From: Qingrenia yutianensis
GTDB taxonomy: Bacteria; Bacillota; Clostridia; UMGS1810
Direction of reading: 5' to 3'
Assembly (NCBI RefSeq): GCF_014385105.1
Contig: NZ_JACRTE010000003.1
Span: 112,358-176,357 of the forward strand
Length of the DNA: 64,000 bases
The position numbers and the translations under genes were made by a program. Of the stretch, positions 46,789-58,319 are shown one piece after another (the first letter of the stretch is position 1; the number at the start of each line of letters is the position of its first letter). The notes under the pieces are model-generated. The model was not told the origin of the DNA, did not search any database, and saw only the letters and a program-made list of their open reading frames with translations.

Positions 46789-47241
46789 TTATTCAATCAT
46801 AAATTTGTCGGTAAAGCCTTTGGAAAGCGCATTTTTTGCGTATTCTTTCGCAAGCGCAAGGCTGTGAAGTTTGTAATTTCCGCACTGAACCTCGTTCATA
46901 GCCGGAACAACCTCGGTTTCAAGCACTTTTTTAAGCGAGTTTTCCACCGCGCCGATAACCGTTTTAACATCGTCCTCGCCCCAGGCGGTCATATAAAAAC
47001 CCGTTCTGCATCCCATAGGAGATAAGTCGATGATGTTGTCCATATCGTCGCGCATATACGTTGCCAAAAGGTGCTCGAGCGTGTGAATACCCTCGCTTTG
47101 CATTTCCTCTTTGTTCGGCTGCATAAAGCGAATGTCAAATTTTGTAACCTTGTCGCCTTTTTCGCCCGTAAGAACGGTGCATTTGCGCACAAACGGCGCT
47201 TTAACTTTTGTATGGTCAAGAGCAAAGCTTTCAACTTTCAT
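46789..47241 (-). CDS. luxS: S-ribosylhomocysteine lyase (AI-2 synthase)
   Basis: 'HTLEHL' Fe-binding motif and conserved N-terminus 'VESFALDHTKVKAPFVR'. Confidence 0.9.
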   Translation of the reverse strand: MKVESFALDHTKVKAPFVRKCTVLTGEKGDKVTKFDIRFMQPNKEEMQSEGIHTLEHLLATYMRDDMDNIIDLSPMGCRTGFYMTAWGEDDVKTVIGAVENSLKKVLETEVVPAMNEVQCGNYKLHSLALAKEYAKNALSKGFTDKFMIE

Positions 47242-47375
47242 ATAAAGAACCTCCGATTTCGGTAAAATTTCACTAAATTATATTTTACCAAATTTTCAAA
47301 AAAATTTCAAGCGTTATTAAACAAAACAAAACCGAGATGCGCGCGCAATCTCGGTTTTATGCGGTAATTTCAAAA

Positions 47376-48068
<693 letters not shown>

Positions 48069-48151
48069 CTACATATTACTACAAAAGTCTACATGCTTTT
48101 CAAAAAATAGTTATTTTGCACAATAATTGAATGTATATTTGTAAAATTTAT

Positions 48152-50461
48152 TTATTCAAAAACTTTTTTAATACCGTAGGTAACATTGCCGTTTTCAACC
48201 GCAAAGCTGAAATATTCGCTGTCGGCATAGTTTGATATGTTGCTGCCGCGTATTCCTTTTAATTCAAAATATTTAACTCCGCCTTTTGCGTAAACCGAGT
48301 TAACCTCGCCGTCGTAAAGCACAAATCCGCGTCTGCCCGACTTGTCGGATAGATATTTTTCGGTTAAATCGTCAAACAAATCCTGCTCGTTTTTGCTTTT
48401 GAAAACAGGCTTTTCGCGCAAAATCAAAAATACGTTTTTGCTGGTTGTGCCGTCAAGCGCGGATATGATTTTCTGCCACTGCGAAAGAGAATTTCCCGAA
48501 ATTGTTCCGCCGTAGTTGTTCGCCGTGACAAACAGGCAGTTTTTGTATTCGTAAACCTCGCATACGTCGGTTTTGACGCTCTTGATTTTGGTGTTCACCG
48601 AGTCGGTTTTGTTGCCCGAAAAGATTGAAACTTCGGTATTCTGCGCCGTTTTTTCGTTGAATTTGCGGACAATCGCGCGTTCCAAAAGCGTATTTTTTGA
48701 AACGGGACTTCCGAACGCGGTGAAATAAAACGAATTTGCGCCGGGCGTGATTTGCTTTAATCCGTCAAGCGACGAAACGTCGTCGGGGAGGGGAATATCC
48801 TCCGCGATATTTCCGCAGTAGAGCGCAATGTGCGTGTTGACGTTTTTGCACGCGATTGTCATAATCGCACTGCCCTCTTTCGCGCCGACGAGGTTGTTGC
48901 CCTCGCGCGTGAACACGTCGTCGGTGAAGTTTATGTCGGTGTCTTTTAGGTTTATCGGCGCGCTTTTGCCGTCCTTGTCACAGCCCTCAAGGCTGATGTA
49001 CTGCTTTTCGCCGGCTCCGAGTTTTACGGTTTTTGTGCTGGGATAAATTGCGGAAATGTCACCGAGAACCGTAAATTCGCAGGACGCTTCTATAACGTTT
49101 TCATCAATTCCGTTTTCGTATGTTGCAAAAACCTTGCCGACACCCTCGGTTTCGGGATAGTAAAATCCGTCCTCGATTTTGCCGTTTTCACAGCTCCATT
49201 CCACAACGTCGGGTGCAACGGCGCCGATATACATTCCGTTTTCGTCGTACAAAAGGCTTTCCACAAGAGTGGACGTGCCTTTAAAAACGGTACTGCTTGC
49301 AGGCTTTAACACCATTTTTGACGCATTGCCTTTTGTTGCGGTCATTTTTATGCCGATACCGTTTATGACACTGCGCAGACTGCCCTCGCTCGGGAGGTTT
49401 ATAACCTCGTTTGCGCCCGTTTCGGTGTTTTTTGCAACCATTGTCGTCGAACCGCCTCCGTCGAGGTTTATCGCGTTGTATATTCCGTTGTTTATGAGGA
49501 TTTCCGATAATTCCGCGAGTGACACTCCGATACTGTCCGCCTGACGTCCGTCCACGGTGATGAGGTAAAGGGTTTTGCCGTCCTTGTCAAGTCCGAGCGC
49601 GGTGCGCGGATTTAACCCTGCAATGTTGTGAGTGTTTTTCGCGGTTTTTCCGTCTTTTACAAGCAGTGTTCCTCCGCCCATTGCAAGGTTTATGTTTTCG
49701 TAATTCGGCTGAAGCGAGATGTCAAACACAATTTTGTCGCCGATTTGGAAGTTGTCAAGCAGAAATGTCGTTCGGTCTTTCAAAAACGACAGAACATAGC
49801 CGTTTTCGGGGATTTTGCACGGACCTGCGTCGTAGTTTATTGCGGTCACGGTGTCGTCCTCAACCACCATTTCAACCTGATATGCGTGCGAGCCGGGTGA
49901 GGTTTCGCCCCATTTGGAATTATACATAACAATTCCGTCCAAATCGTCGTATTTGTTGATGTGCTTAATCTGCGTTCCCTCGCCGTTGGGCGCGGTCACG
50001 GTCATATATGTGTCAATGTAGTCGAAAAGCATATGTTTGTCGTCGGTTTTCACAAAAACCGCGTTGGACGTGCTTGCCTTTGCGTAGGACGTGAGCTTTT
50101 CACCGTCTTTTATCTCAACGCCGACGGGGCTTCCTTTGCCCTTTTCGGTGCTCGACCACGAGAAAAAGTCGCCGTTTACCGCAACGTATGTATCGGCTTT
50201 CTCGGCAAGCGTTTTAACGTTTGTAAGCTTTCGTATGTCGTTTTCGTCCTTCAAAAGTTCCGCGTCGATGTAGTCTTTCGACAGGTCGGCGCTTGCAATG
50301 TTGATGTTCAGCCAGCCGTTTTTGGTCAGCGAGCGGATATGTGAAATTTTAAGTCCGTCGATATATTCCGTTTCGTCATACAGACTGTATATCGGCGCCG
50401 CCGCGTATGCCGACGTAAAAACAAGCATAAGTGCGAGAATAAGCGATGTCAGTTTTTTCAA
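48152..50461 (-). CDS. secreted phosphodiester glycosidase (NAGPA-like/DUF2233) family protein with Ig-like domains
   Basis: Signal peptide; 'VAVNGDFFSWSSTEKGKGSPVGVEIKDGEKL' and 'GGGTLLVKDGK' blocks typical of the family. Confidence 0.6.
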   Translation of the reverse strand: MKKLTSLILALMLVFTSAYAAAPIYSLYDETEYIDGLKISHIRSLTKNGWLNINIASADLSKDYIDAELLKDENDIRKLTNVKTLAEKADTYVAVNGDFFSWSSTEKGKGSPVGVEIKDGEKLTSYAKASTSNAVFVKTDDKHMLFDYIDTYMTVTAPNGEGTQIKHINKYDDLDGIVMYNSKWGETSPGSHAYQVEMVVEDDTVTAINYDAGPCKIPENGYVLSFLKDRTTFLLDNFQIGDKIVFDISLQPNYENINLAMGGGTLLVKDGKTAKNTHNIAGLNPRTALGLDKDGKTLYLITVDGRQADSIGVSLAELSEILINNGIYNAINLDGGGSTTMVAKNTETGANEVINLPSEGSLRSVINGIGIKMTATKGNASKMVLKPASSTVFKGTSTLVESLLYDENGMYIGAVAPDVVEWSCENGKIEDGFYYPETEGVGKVFATYENGIDENVIEASCEFTVLGDISAIYPSTKTVKLGAGEKQYISLEGCDKDGKSAPINLKDTDINFTDDVFTREGNNLVGAKEGSAIMTIACKNVNTHIALYCGNIAEDIPLPDDVSSLDGLKQITPGANSFYFTAFGSPVSKNTLLERAIVRKFNEKTAQNTEVSIFSGNKTDSVNTKIKSVKTDVCEVYEYKNCLFVTANNYGGTISGNSLSQWQKIISALDGTTSKNVFLILREKPVFKSKNEQDLFDDLTEKYLSDKSGRRGFVLYDGEVNSVYAKGGVKYFELKGIRGSNISNYADSEYFSFAVENGNVTYGIKKVFE

Positions 50462-50606
50462 TTTGCCAAAACTCCTTTATATTAAAGTTGATTTCATTAT
50501 ACATCACATATAAATTTATGTAAATATATTTTGCGTTATTTAATAAAATTGTAATTGAAATTTTTTTGAATATGTGGTAATATATACAATGTAATATTAT
50601 GTATTT

Positions 50607-52928
50607 TTGATAGTGAGGTACATTAAAATGAAAAGAATAAGAGTATTGCTTGCGCTTATGGGGCTTGAAATCGGCGGTGCCGAAACGCACGCCGTGGAAC
50701 TTGCAAAATATTTGTGCAAAAAAGGATATATTGTTTATGCGGTGTCGAGCGGAGGAGTTTACGAAAAAGAACTTGCCGACGCCGGAGTGCGTCATTATTA
50801 CGCGCCTCTTACAAAAAAAGACCCGATAAGTATGTATAAATCATACAGTGTGATTAAAAATGTGGTACTGCGCGAAAAAATCGACTTAATCCACGCGCAC
50901 GCGAGGATACCTGCTTTTGTAAGCTCTCTTGTGAAAAAGAAACTCGGTATTCCGCTTGTTTCCACCGTTCACGGGGTGTATTCCACAGCTTGGCACTACA
51001 AAATGCTCACAAACTGGGGCGACGAGGCGGTGTGCGTGAGCGAGGACGTGCAGAAATACGTCATTGAAAACTACAACTTTTCGCCCGACAACACGCTTAT
51101 CACAATAAACGGCATTGATACCGACGTTTTTTCTGGCGATTTTATACACTACGACACGCTTGCCGAGTTTAATCTGCCCGAGCACGCGTTCAAAATAGTG
51201 TGCGTCAGCCGTCTTGATGCAGGCAACACCAACGCGGCATACTCGCTTTTGAGCATTGCCGGCAAATTGAGCGAGCAGATTGACGAACTTAAAATTATTA
51301 TGGTGGGAGGCGGCAGCGAATTTGAAAAGATAAGCGCGCTTTGCGACGAGAAAAACAGTGAGCTGAAAAAGGAAATTTTTGTTATGACAAATTCGCGCAC
51401 CGACGTTCATAAGTTTTTGTCAATAGCCGACGTTTTTGTAGGCATAAGCCGTGCCGCGCTCGAGGCTATGAGCGCGCGCGTTCCCGTAATTCTTACGGGT
51501 CAGTTCGGTTACGGCGGAATTTTTTCGCCCGACAATCTCGATGTTTGCCTTAAGAACAATTTCACCTGCCGCGGTGAGGACTTCGCGTCGGACAACACAT
51601 TTTTTGAAGATATTATGACCGTTTACAATATGCCGAACGAAAAAAGGTCGGCGCTCACGCAGTTCGGGCGCGAAACTGTTTTGAAAAACTATTCGGTAAC
51701 CGCAATGGCGGAGAACACCATAACCGCGTATAAAAAGGTTCTGCGCGAAAAAGCGAACAGCTACGATTTTATGATTTCGGGATATTTCGGCTTTAACAAT
51801 TCGGGCGACGACGCGCTTTTGCAGGCTATGCTCGACAACCTCAAAAGCCTTGACAAAGATGTGAGAATTGTGGTTTTGTCGCGCCGTCCCGACGAAACTG
51901 TGAAACGGTATAACGTCGACGCGATAAACCGATTTTCTCCGTTTAAGGTGATGAAAGTGATGAACCGCACAAAAGTGCTTTTGAGCGGGGGAGGTTCGCT
52001 TATTCAGGACGTCACCAGCACAAAATCAATTTTATACTATCTCACAATTATGAAAACCGCACTCAAAAAACATATGTCGCTTATGGTATATGCAAACGGC
52101 GTAGGACCGATAAACAGGGCGAAAAACCGCCGTCTTACAAAGAAAATTTTCGATAAGGCGGATATTATCACCCTGCGCGAGGAGGGTTCGCTCAAACTTC
52201 TTAAAGAAATCGGCGTGACGAACGATAACATTATTCTCACTGCCGACCCGGCGCTTAATCTTGTGCCGTCCGACGCGGAACTTACCGAAAATGTTTTAAG
52301 GTCGCACGGAATAAAGGGCGATATAAATTTAATCGGCGTGTCGGTGCGCGAATGGAACAAAAACGAGCACAATTTTGAAAAAACTTTTGCGAAAAATCTC
52401 GACATTATCTGCCGTATGAATAACGTTTACCCCGTTTTTCTGCCTATGCAACTGCCGAATGATTTGGAATTTTCAAAGAAAATCTGCGAAAATCTCGAAA
52501 CGCCGTATTACATCATCGGCACGCGTTACGACGAGAAAATTTTTGCCGGTATAATTTCGCGGTGTTCGCTTTTAATCGGTATGCGCCTCCATTCGCTCAT
52601 CTATGCGGCGAGCGTGTGCGTGCCTATCGTCGGCATTGTCTATGACCCGAAAGTTAAAAGCTTTCTCGATTACGTCGGTCAGACGCATTTTATCGGCGCG
52701 GAAAAAATTTCGGGCGAGAATTTTATAGGCATAATAAGCGACTGTTTAAAAAACAAAGACACGATAAAGGAAGAATTTAAAAAACGAATAGACGTTCTTT
52801 GCAAAAAGGCGAAATACAACGCGGACATTGCAATGAAACTTCTTAATAAGGAAACGATTATCACATTTGACGCGGAGGAAAACGCGGAAAATACCGAGGA
52901 GGCGCACAGTGAGAATACTGGGGATTGA
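50607..52928 (+). CDS. fusion protein: GT4 glycosyltransferase (N-term) + polysaccharide pyruvyl transferase CsaB-like domain (C-term)
   Basis: N-terminus 'IRVLLALMGLEIGGAETHAVELAKYL' (GT4). From about aa 385, 'ISGYFGFNNSGDDALLQAMLDNL' (PS_pyruv_trans/CsaB). The 3' end overlaps the ruvX start. Confidence 0.65.
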   Translation: MIVRYIKMKRIRVLLALMGLEIGGAETHAVELAKYLCKKGYIVYAVSSGGVYEKELADAGVRHYYAPLTKKDPISMYKSYSVIKNVVLREKIDLIHAHARIPAFVSSLVKKKLGIPLVSTVHGVYSTAWHYKMLTNWGDEAVCVSEDVQKYVIENYNFSPDNTLITINGIDTDVFSGDFIHYDTLAEFNLPEHAFKIVCVSRLDAGNTNAAYSLLSIAGKLSEQIDELKIIMVGGGSEFEKISALCDEKNSELKKEIFVMTNSRTDVHKFLSIADVFVGISRAALEAMSARVPVILTGQFGYGGIFSPDNLDVCLKNNFTCRGEDFASDNTFFEDIMTVYNMPNEKRSALTQFGRETVLKNYSVTAMAENTITAYKKVLREKANSYDFMISGYFGFNNSGDDALLQAMLDNLKSLDKDVRIVVLSRRPDETVKRYNVDAINRFSPFKVMKVMNRTKVLLSGGGSLIQDVTSTKSILYYLTIMKTALKKHMSLMVYANGVGPINRAKNRRLTKKIFDKADIITLREEGSLKLLKEIGVTNDNIILTADPALNLVPSDAELTENVLRSHGIKGDINLIGVSVREWNKNEHNFEKTFAKNLDIICRMNNVYPVFLPMQLPNDLEFSKKICENLETPYYIIGTRYDEKIFAGIISRCSLLIGMRLHSLIYAASVCVPIVGIVYDPKVKSFLDYVGQTHFIGAEKISGENFIGIISDCLKNKDTIKEEFKKRIDVLCKKAKYNADIAMKLLNKETIITFDAEENAENTEEAHSENTGD

Positions 52929-53346
52929 TTACGGCGACGCAAGAGTGGGAGTTGCGGTGTCCGACCCTCTGCTTTTTACGGCGCAGGGCATAAAAACACT
53001 GCCGAACAAGGTTTTTGACAAAATGCTTTTGAGTCTTGACGAAATTTACAGCGAATACAAGCCGGAAAAAATCGTTTTGGGATTTCCCAAAAATATGGAC
53101 GGTTCGGTGGGATTTCGGGGCGAAATAACGCTTGAATTTAAAAAAACGCTGGAGGAAAGATATAAAAACAGCGAGGTTGTTTTGTATGACGAACGGCTTA
53201 CAACCGTTATGGCGGACAGATTTCTTTCGGCGACAAACACGCGCGGAAGCGGACGCAAAAAGGTTATCGACACCGTATCTGCGGCGGTGATTTTGCAGAA
53301 TTATCTCGACAGCGAGAGAAATAATATTTTAAAAGGAGAAAAATGA
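52909..53346 (+). CDS. ruvX: Holliday junction resolvase-like / pre-16S rRNA nuclease RuvX (YqgF)
   Basis: GTG 52909 gives 'MRILGIDYGDARVGVAVSD', the RNase H-fold YqgF signature. The called ORF start 52867 lies inside the upstream gene. Confidence 0.85.
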   Translation: MRILGIDYGDARVGVAVSDPLLFTAQGIKTLPNKVFDKMLLSLDEIYSEYKPEKIVLGFPKNMDGSVGFRGEITLEFKKTLEERYKNSEVVLYDERLTTVMADRFLSATNTRGSGRKKVIDTVSAAVILQNYLDSERNNILKGEK

Positions 53347-53639
53347 TGAGCGAATTTAATTTTAACGAAAATAAAGAGAGAAATATTATACCTTTTGAGG
53401 ACGAAAACGGAAACAAAGTGAATTTTGAAGTGATAGACGCGTTTAAAATGGACGGAAGCGAATACGTTGCACTGCTCCCTGCCGATGACGACGATTACGA
53501 CACCGAGGTGTTTATTATGCGTATCGAAAAAGAGGGCGAGGACGACGTTTTGGTGTATATCGAAAATGATGAGGAGCTGGACGACGCGTTCGAGATGTTT
53601 AAAGACCGTATGGGCGACGAGTACGACTTTTTGGACTGA
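53343..53639 (+). CDS. DUF1292 family protein
   Basis: 98-aa acidic protein 'IIPFEDENGNKVNFEVIDAFKMDGSEYVALLP', conserved downstream of ruvX in Firmicutes. ATGA overlap with ruvX. Confidence 0.7.
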   Translation: MMSEFNFNENKERNIIPFEDENGNKVNFEVIDAFKMDGSEYVALLPADDDDYDTEVFIMRIEKEGEDDVLVYIENDEELDDAFEMFKDRMGDEYDFLD

Positions 53640-53661
53640 TATTTTATAGGGGGAGTGTAAA

Positions 53662-55371
53662 ATGATGAAGAAATTTTTGTGTATTGTGTTGGCATTGTCA
53701 ATGGTGATGTGCCTTGCGCCGAACGTTTTTGCGGAAGACGTCATTGCCGAGGGAAAATGCGGTGACAGCGTTACGTGGAAGATAGTTGGAAATACGCTTA
53801 CGTTCAGCGGAAGCGGTGCAATGGACGAATTTATTGATATGGCTTGGTATAGTTACAGAAACGATATATATAATGTTGTTATAGAGGAAGGAATAACATA
53901 TCTTACGCACGAATTGTTATGTGATTTGAAATGGTTTTCCTCGGTTAAAATTCCCGACAGTGTTACGAGTGTCGGCACACTTATATTCAGTAACTGCACG
54001 GGGCTTGAAACTGTTGAAATAGGCAAGGGTTTAAAGTCAATCACGCCGTCTGCGTTTTCTAACTGCCCAAATCTTGAAGAAATTGCCGTTTCGCCTGAAA
54101 ATGAAAATCTTGCAAGTGTCGGCGGAGTGCTTTTTAACAAAGACATAACAAATCTTATATATTTTCCGAACGGCTGGTTCGATAAGGAAAATATCGGAGA
54201 AAATGAGGGCAACTATACAATTCCCGATACGGTGACGAAAATTACCGACGGCGCTCTTAACGGAAAACTGTATTTAAAAAACTTTTATACAAATGAAAAT
54301 TCCGCATACACCGCAGAGAACGGTGTGCTGTTTAATAAGGATAAAACCGAGCTTGTGCGCTATCCGTCGGGAAACGAAAGAAGTACATACATTATTCCCG
54401 AAAGCGTACAGAACATTTACGAAAGTGCGTTTTCGTATGCCAAAAATCTGACGGACGTAACACTTCCGCAGAATATAAGCAAACTTGCTGATAATACATT
54501 TTCTGACTGCACAAATCTCAAAGGTATAGAAATACCGAAAAATGTTACCGAAATCGGAAGTTATGCCTTTTCAGACTGTTCAAATCTTGAAAAGGCGGTT
54601 CTGCACGACGGCATTGTTACGCTTGGGAGCGGTGTATTCTATGAATGCGGTGCGCTTAAATATGCCGATATTCCGAAAAATCTTACGGAAATTCCGCGCA
54701 GTACCTTTTACGGCTGTGAAAGCCTCAAAAATATAAAATTGCCGGGTTCTGTAAAAACCGTTGATTTTTCTGCTTTTCAGCGATGCACGTCGCTGACGGA
54801 AATTGATATTCCGCAGAGTGTCACTTTGATTAACAGCAGTGCCTTTGAAGATTGCGAAAGTTTGAAAACCGTCACATTCCGAAACAGCGGTGTTATTAAG
54901 GCTTACGTGTTTTCGGGGTGTCCGAATTTGACACGCGTTAATATTTTTTCGGACAGTATCATAATTTGGGGCGATACGTTTTATGATGAAGCGGAAAAAA
55001 CAAAAGATATATATTTTGCCGTTTCTGCCGATAATGTTGTGACGGGACGTGAAGACGGCAAAGTTTGCGTAGAGGACCTTTCCGAGGACGGCGGACTAAA
55101 GAATGTACGGCTTCACTGCAACACGCCGTGCACGGTGTCGTCGGTGACGGAAAACGAGGAGAAAGCGACCGTTTCGGTTAACGCGAAAAATATAGACGCG
55201 CAGTCGAAGGTCACGGTAGGATTTTACAAAAACGGTGCGCTTGCCGACATAAAAGTGTGTGATGTATCCGACCTCACAGCCGAAACGGACAAAGATTTCG
55301 ACACCGTAAAAATTATGACGTTCCCGTCTTTGCCGTCACTCGAACCGCTTTGCATAAAAGAGGAATTGTAA
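53662..55371 (+). CDS. secreted BspA-type leucine-rich-repeat protein
   Basis: Signal peptide. At least seven LRR_5-like repeats ('IPDSVTSVGTLIFSNCTGLETVEI', 'IPKNVTEIGSYAFSDCSNLEKAVL' and similar). Confidence 0.65.
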   Translation: MMKKFLCIVLALSMVMCLAPNVFAEDVIAEGKCGDSVTWKIVGNTLTFSGSGAMDEFIDMAWYSYRNDIYNVVIEEGITYLTHELLCDLKWFSSVKIPDSVTSVGTLIFSNCTGLETVEIGKGLKSITPSAFSNCPNLEEIAVSPENENLASVGGVLFNKDITNLIYFPNGWFDKENIGENEGNYTIPDTVTKITDGALNGKLYLKNFYTNENSAYTAENGVLFNKDKTELVRYPSGNERSTYIIPESVQNIYESAFSYAKNLTDVTLPQNISKLADNTFSDCTNLKGIEIPKNVTEIGSYAFSDCSNLEKAVLHDGIVTLGSGVFYECGALKYADIPKNLTEIPRSTFYGCESLKNIKLPGSVKTVDFSAFQRCTSLTEIDIPQSVTLINSSAFEDCESLKTVTFRNSGVIKAYVFSGCPNLTRVNIFSDSIIIWGDTFYDEAEKTKDIYFAVSADNVVTGREDGKVCVEDLSEDGGLKNVRLHCNTPCTVSSVTENEEKATVSVNAKNIDAQSKVTVGFYKNGALADIKVCDVSDLTAETDKDFDTVKIMTFPSLPSLEPLCIKEEL

Positions 55372-55560
55372 AATATAACACGGACATCGCGAAGATGTCC
55401 GTGGTTTTGTATGCAGACTTTTTAAACATTTATTTTACACAAATAAATGTTTATTTTTTTTATTGATTATATCCGCGAAATAAAGTAAAATCAAGGTGAA
55501 AGCACAAAAACTTTATTTCGGAAACGAAATTTACATAAGTCAAAAAAGGAGAAGATTTTT

Positions 55561-57399
55561 ATGGAATTTATGCTCGGCTGTAACTATTGGGCGTCAAACG
55601 CGGGCGCGCTTATGTGGGAGCGGTGGGACGCGGACGCGGTGGACAAGGATTTGAAGGTGCTGTCCGAAAACGGCGTTTCTTATATGCGCGTTTTCCCGAA
55701 CTGGCGCGATTTTCAGCCTGTCAAAGTTATGCGCCAGTGGGCAGGAAACGAATATGAGTATCTTATGACCGATGAGAGTTTTCCGACAAACGAAAATTAT
55801 CTTGACGAAACAATGCTTGCACGGTTTAACGAATTTTGCAGTATTGCGGAAAAATATAACATCAAACTGATTGTGGGACTTTTGACCGGCTGGATGAGCG
55901 GACGGCTGTTTGTTCCGCCGATTTTGGAGGGACTTAATCTTTACACTGACCCGACTGCGCTTTTGTTTGAAATGCGCTTTATAAAAGGCTTTATCGGCGC
56001 AACAAAGCATCAAAAATCAATTTTTGCGTGGGATTTGGGCAACGAGTGCAACTGCCTAACATACACCGAATACCGCAGCACCGCCTCGTCGTGGACGGCG
56101 ATTGTTGCAAACACCATAAAGGCATACGACAGCACGCGTCCCGTCGTTTCGGGTATGCATTCGCTCGGCACTGAAAACGCGTGGACGATTTTCGACCAGG
56201 CGGAGCACACCGATATTCTCACCACTCACCCTTATCCGCATTTTGTTCCGCATTGCTTTAAAAACACGCTCACCTCACAGCGTACGCTCCTGCACCCGTC
56301 GTGCGAAACCGCGTACTATTCCGACATCGGCAAAAAGCCGTGCTTTGTTGAGGAAATCGGCACGCTTGGACCTATGACGTGTAACGACGAAACCGCGTCA
56401 AAATTTTTGTTCAATAACCTTTTTTCGGTGTGGGCGAACGGGTCGAAAGGCTTGATGTTCTGGTGTAATTCCGACTTTGCCGACATCGACAGAGCGCCGT
56501 ATACCTGGGATATGATGGAGGACGAGCTGGGTCTTGCCGATAAAGAGCGCAAACCGCGCAAAACGCTTTTGGCGATAAAGAAATTTTCGCAGTTTTTGAA
56601 AAAATTCGGCGGTGAAATCAATCCGCCCGAAAAGGACGCAGTGCTTATTTCGACACGAAATCAGGACGCTTGGGGAGCGGCATATTCGGCATATATTCTT
56701 GCAAAACAGAACGATTTAACTCTTTCGTTTGCGTGGAGCGACCAAAAGCTTCCCGACTCGGAAATTTATATGCTTCCGTCAATTTGCAGTACGCGCGTTA
56801 TGTGTATGGAGCGCTATCTCGAACTTTTGGAGCGCGTGCGTAACGGCGCCGCGCTTTATATATCCAACGACAACGGATTTGTTGCGAAATTTGCCGAAAT
56901 TTCAGGCATTGAGGTTGTAAATTCGCTTGAAGTTGACGAGGACGGATTTACCGAACTCTACGGCGAAAAGATAGAATTTAAGCGCAGAAAAAGGTATATT
57001 GTAAAGCCCTGCGGTGCAAAAGTTTTGTCGTACGATAACCTCGGAAATCCGGCAATCTGCGAAAACAAATACGGCAAGGGCAGAGTTTTTTACGTCAATT
57101 TTCCGCTTGAAACAATGCTTGCCGACGACAGTTTCGGCTTTGAACAGAACAGGCATCTTGTGTATAAAAAACTTTTTGAAAATACCGAGCAAATTGTGCG
57201 TTCAAACGACATAAAAATGTCGGTTACGCGCCATAAGCACGGTGAAAAATACATCTGCACAGCGATAAATTACGGTGACGAAAGCCTCAAAAACAAGATT
57301 GAAATTTCAAAGGATTTTGCCGTTTCAAAGGTGATTTACGGCGATATTGAAAATGTTGAACCTCACGATGCGTGCGTGTTTGAAATTGAGAAAATATGA
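55561..57399 (+). CDS. intracellular clan GH-A (GH5-like) glycoside hydrolase
   Basis: No signal peptide. (beta/alpha)8 motifs 'WDLGNECN' (acid/base Glu) and 'CFVEEIGT' (nucleophile Glu). Confidence 0.6.
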   Translation: MEFMLGCNYWASNAGALMWERWDADAVDKDLKVLSENGVSYMRVFPNWRDFQPVKVMRQWAGNEYEYLMTDESFPTNENYLDETMLARFNEFCSIAEKYNIKLIVGLLTGWMSGRLFVPPILEGLNLYTDPTALLFEMRFIKGFIGATKHQKSIFAWDLGNECNCLTYTEYRSTASSWTAIVANTIKAYDSTRPVVSGMHSLGTENAWTIFDQAEHTDILTTHPYPHFVPHCFKNTLTSQRTLLHPSCETAYYSDIGKKPCFVEEIGTLGPMTCNDETASKFLFNNLFSVWANGSKGLMFWCNSDFADIDRAPYTWDMMEDELGLADKERKPRKTLLAIKKFSQFLKKFGGEINPPEKDAVLISTRNQDAWGAAYSAYILAKQNDLTLSFAWSDQKLPDSEIYMLPSICSTRVMCMERYLELLERVRNGAALYISNDNGFVAKFAEISGIEVVNSLEVDEDGFTELYGEKIEFKRRKRYIVKPCGAKVLSYDNLGNPAICENKYGKGRVFYVNFPLETMLADDSFGFEQNRHLVYKKLFENTEQIVRSNDIKMSVTRHKHGEKYICTAINYGDESLKNKIEISKDFAVSKVIYGDIENVEPHDACVFEIEKI

Positions 57400-57443
57400 A
57401 AATAAAAAATGCTCTCAACAGTTTATGCTGAGAGTATTTTTTG

Positions 57444-58319
57444 CTATACAAGCTTGTTTTTATACCGTATCGGCGTTTCGCCCATAATTCTTTTAAAATG
57501 TTTTGAAAATGTGCTGATGTCACAAAATCCCGTTTTTTCCGCCGCCTCGGCAACGCTTGTCTGACCTTCCTCCAAAAGACGCGCCGCATTCATAATCTGA
57601 ATGTGCAGAATGTACTGATGAAGCGACGAACCTGTGTGCGTTTTAATCATATGGTTAAGGTAGTTTGGATGGAACGAAAAAATTTCGCCCAGCTTTTTGT
57701 TTGTGAGATTTTCGTTGTAATGCTCGTGAATGTATGTGAGCACCTTTTCGGTTTTGTAGTTTGCATTCTGCGAGAAAAAGTCGTTGAAAGTGAGCGAGCG
57801 CACGCAGTTTGCAAGACAGTGCGAAAAATACGCGTTAACCTGTGTGCGGCAGCAAATAACCTTGTGCGAATATTCGTACTCGGCTTTGACAAGGTGCTTT
57901 TCAATTTTTTTAATGTTCGGAATATACAAAATTCCGTTAAATTCCTCCACGTCCTCAAAGTCGCTTTTGCGCAGAATTTCACTGTGTTTAAAGCTTAAAA
58001 TGCGCGAAAGATGGACGGGAAGATTAAGGTGCGAAAAATCTTGAGTATAGTCAAAATTTACCGCAATATATTTTGCCGCGCCGTCCTCGAGCGACGAAAT
58101 CTGATACGGTATTCCGGGCGCTATGATAAGCACGCTCGACGTGTTCATAATATATTCGGTGCCGTTTACGACGATACATCCCGTGCCGTCAAGAGTGTAA
58201 AACATACGTGCGTCGTAGGCTACAAAAAGCTCGAATTTCGTTGTTTTGTCCACGTCAAGATAGCGTATGTATCTTACGAAAGGCGAAATATCTTCCAATT
58301 TCAAAACAATTCCTCCCAA
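57444..58319 (-). CDS. AraC family transcriptional regulator (cupin sensor + HTH)
   Basis: C-terminal AraC-type HTH 'LTNKKLGEIFSFHPNYLNHMIKTHTGSSLHQYILHIQIMNAARLL'. Confidence 0.8.
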   Translation of the reverse strand: MGGIVLKLEDISPFVRYIRYLDVDKTTKFELFVAYDARMFYTLDGTGCIVVNGTEYIMNTSSVLIIAPGIPYQISSLEDGAAKYIAVNFDYTQDFSHLNLPVHLSRILSFKHSEILRKSDFEDVEEFNGILYIPNIKKIEKHLVKAEYEYSHKVICCRTQVNAYFSHCLANCVRSLTFNDFFSQNANYKTEKVLTYIHEHYNENLTNKKLGEIFSFHPNYLNHMIKTHTGSSLHQYILHIQIMNAARLLEEGQTSVAEAAEKTGFCDISTFSKHFKRIMGETPIRYKNKLV

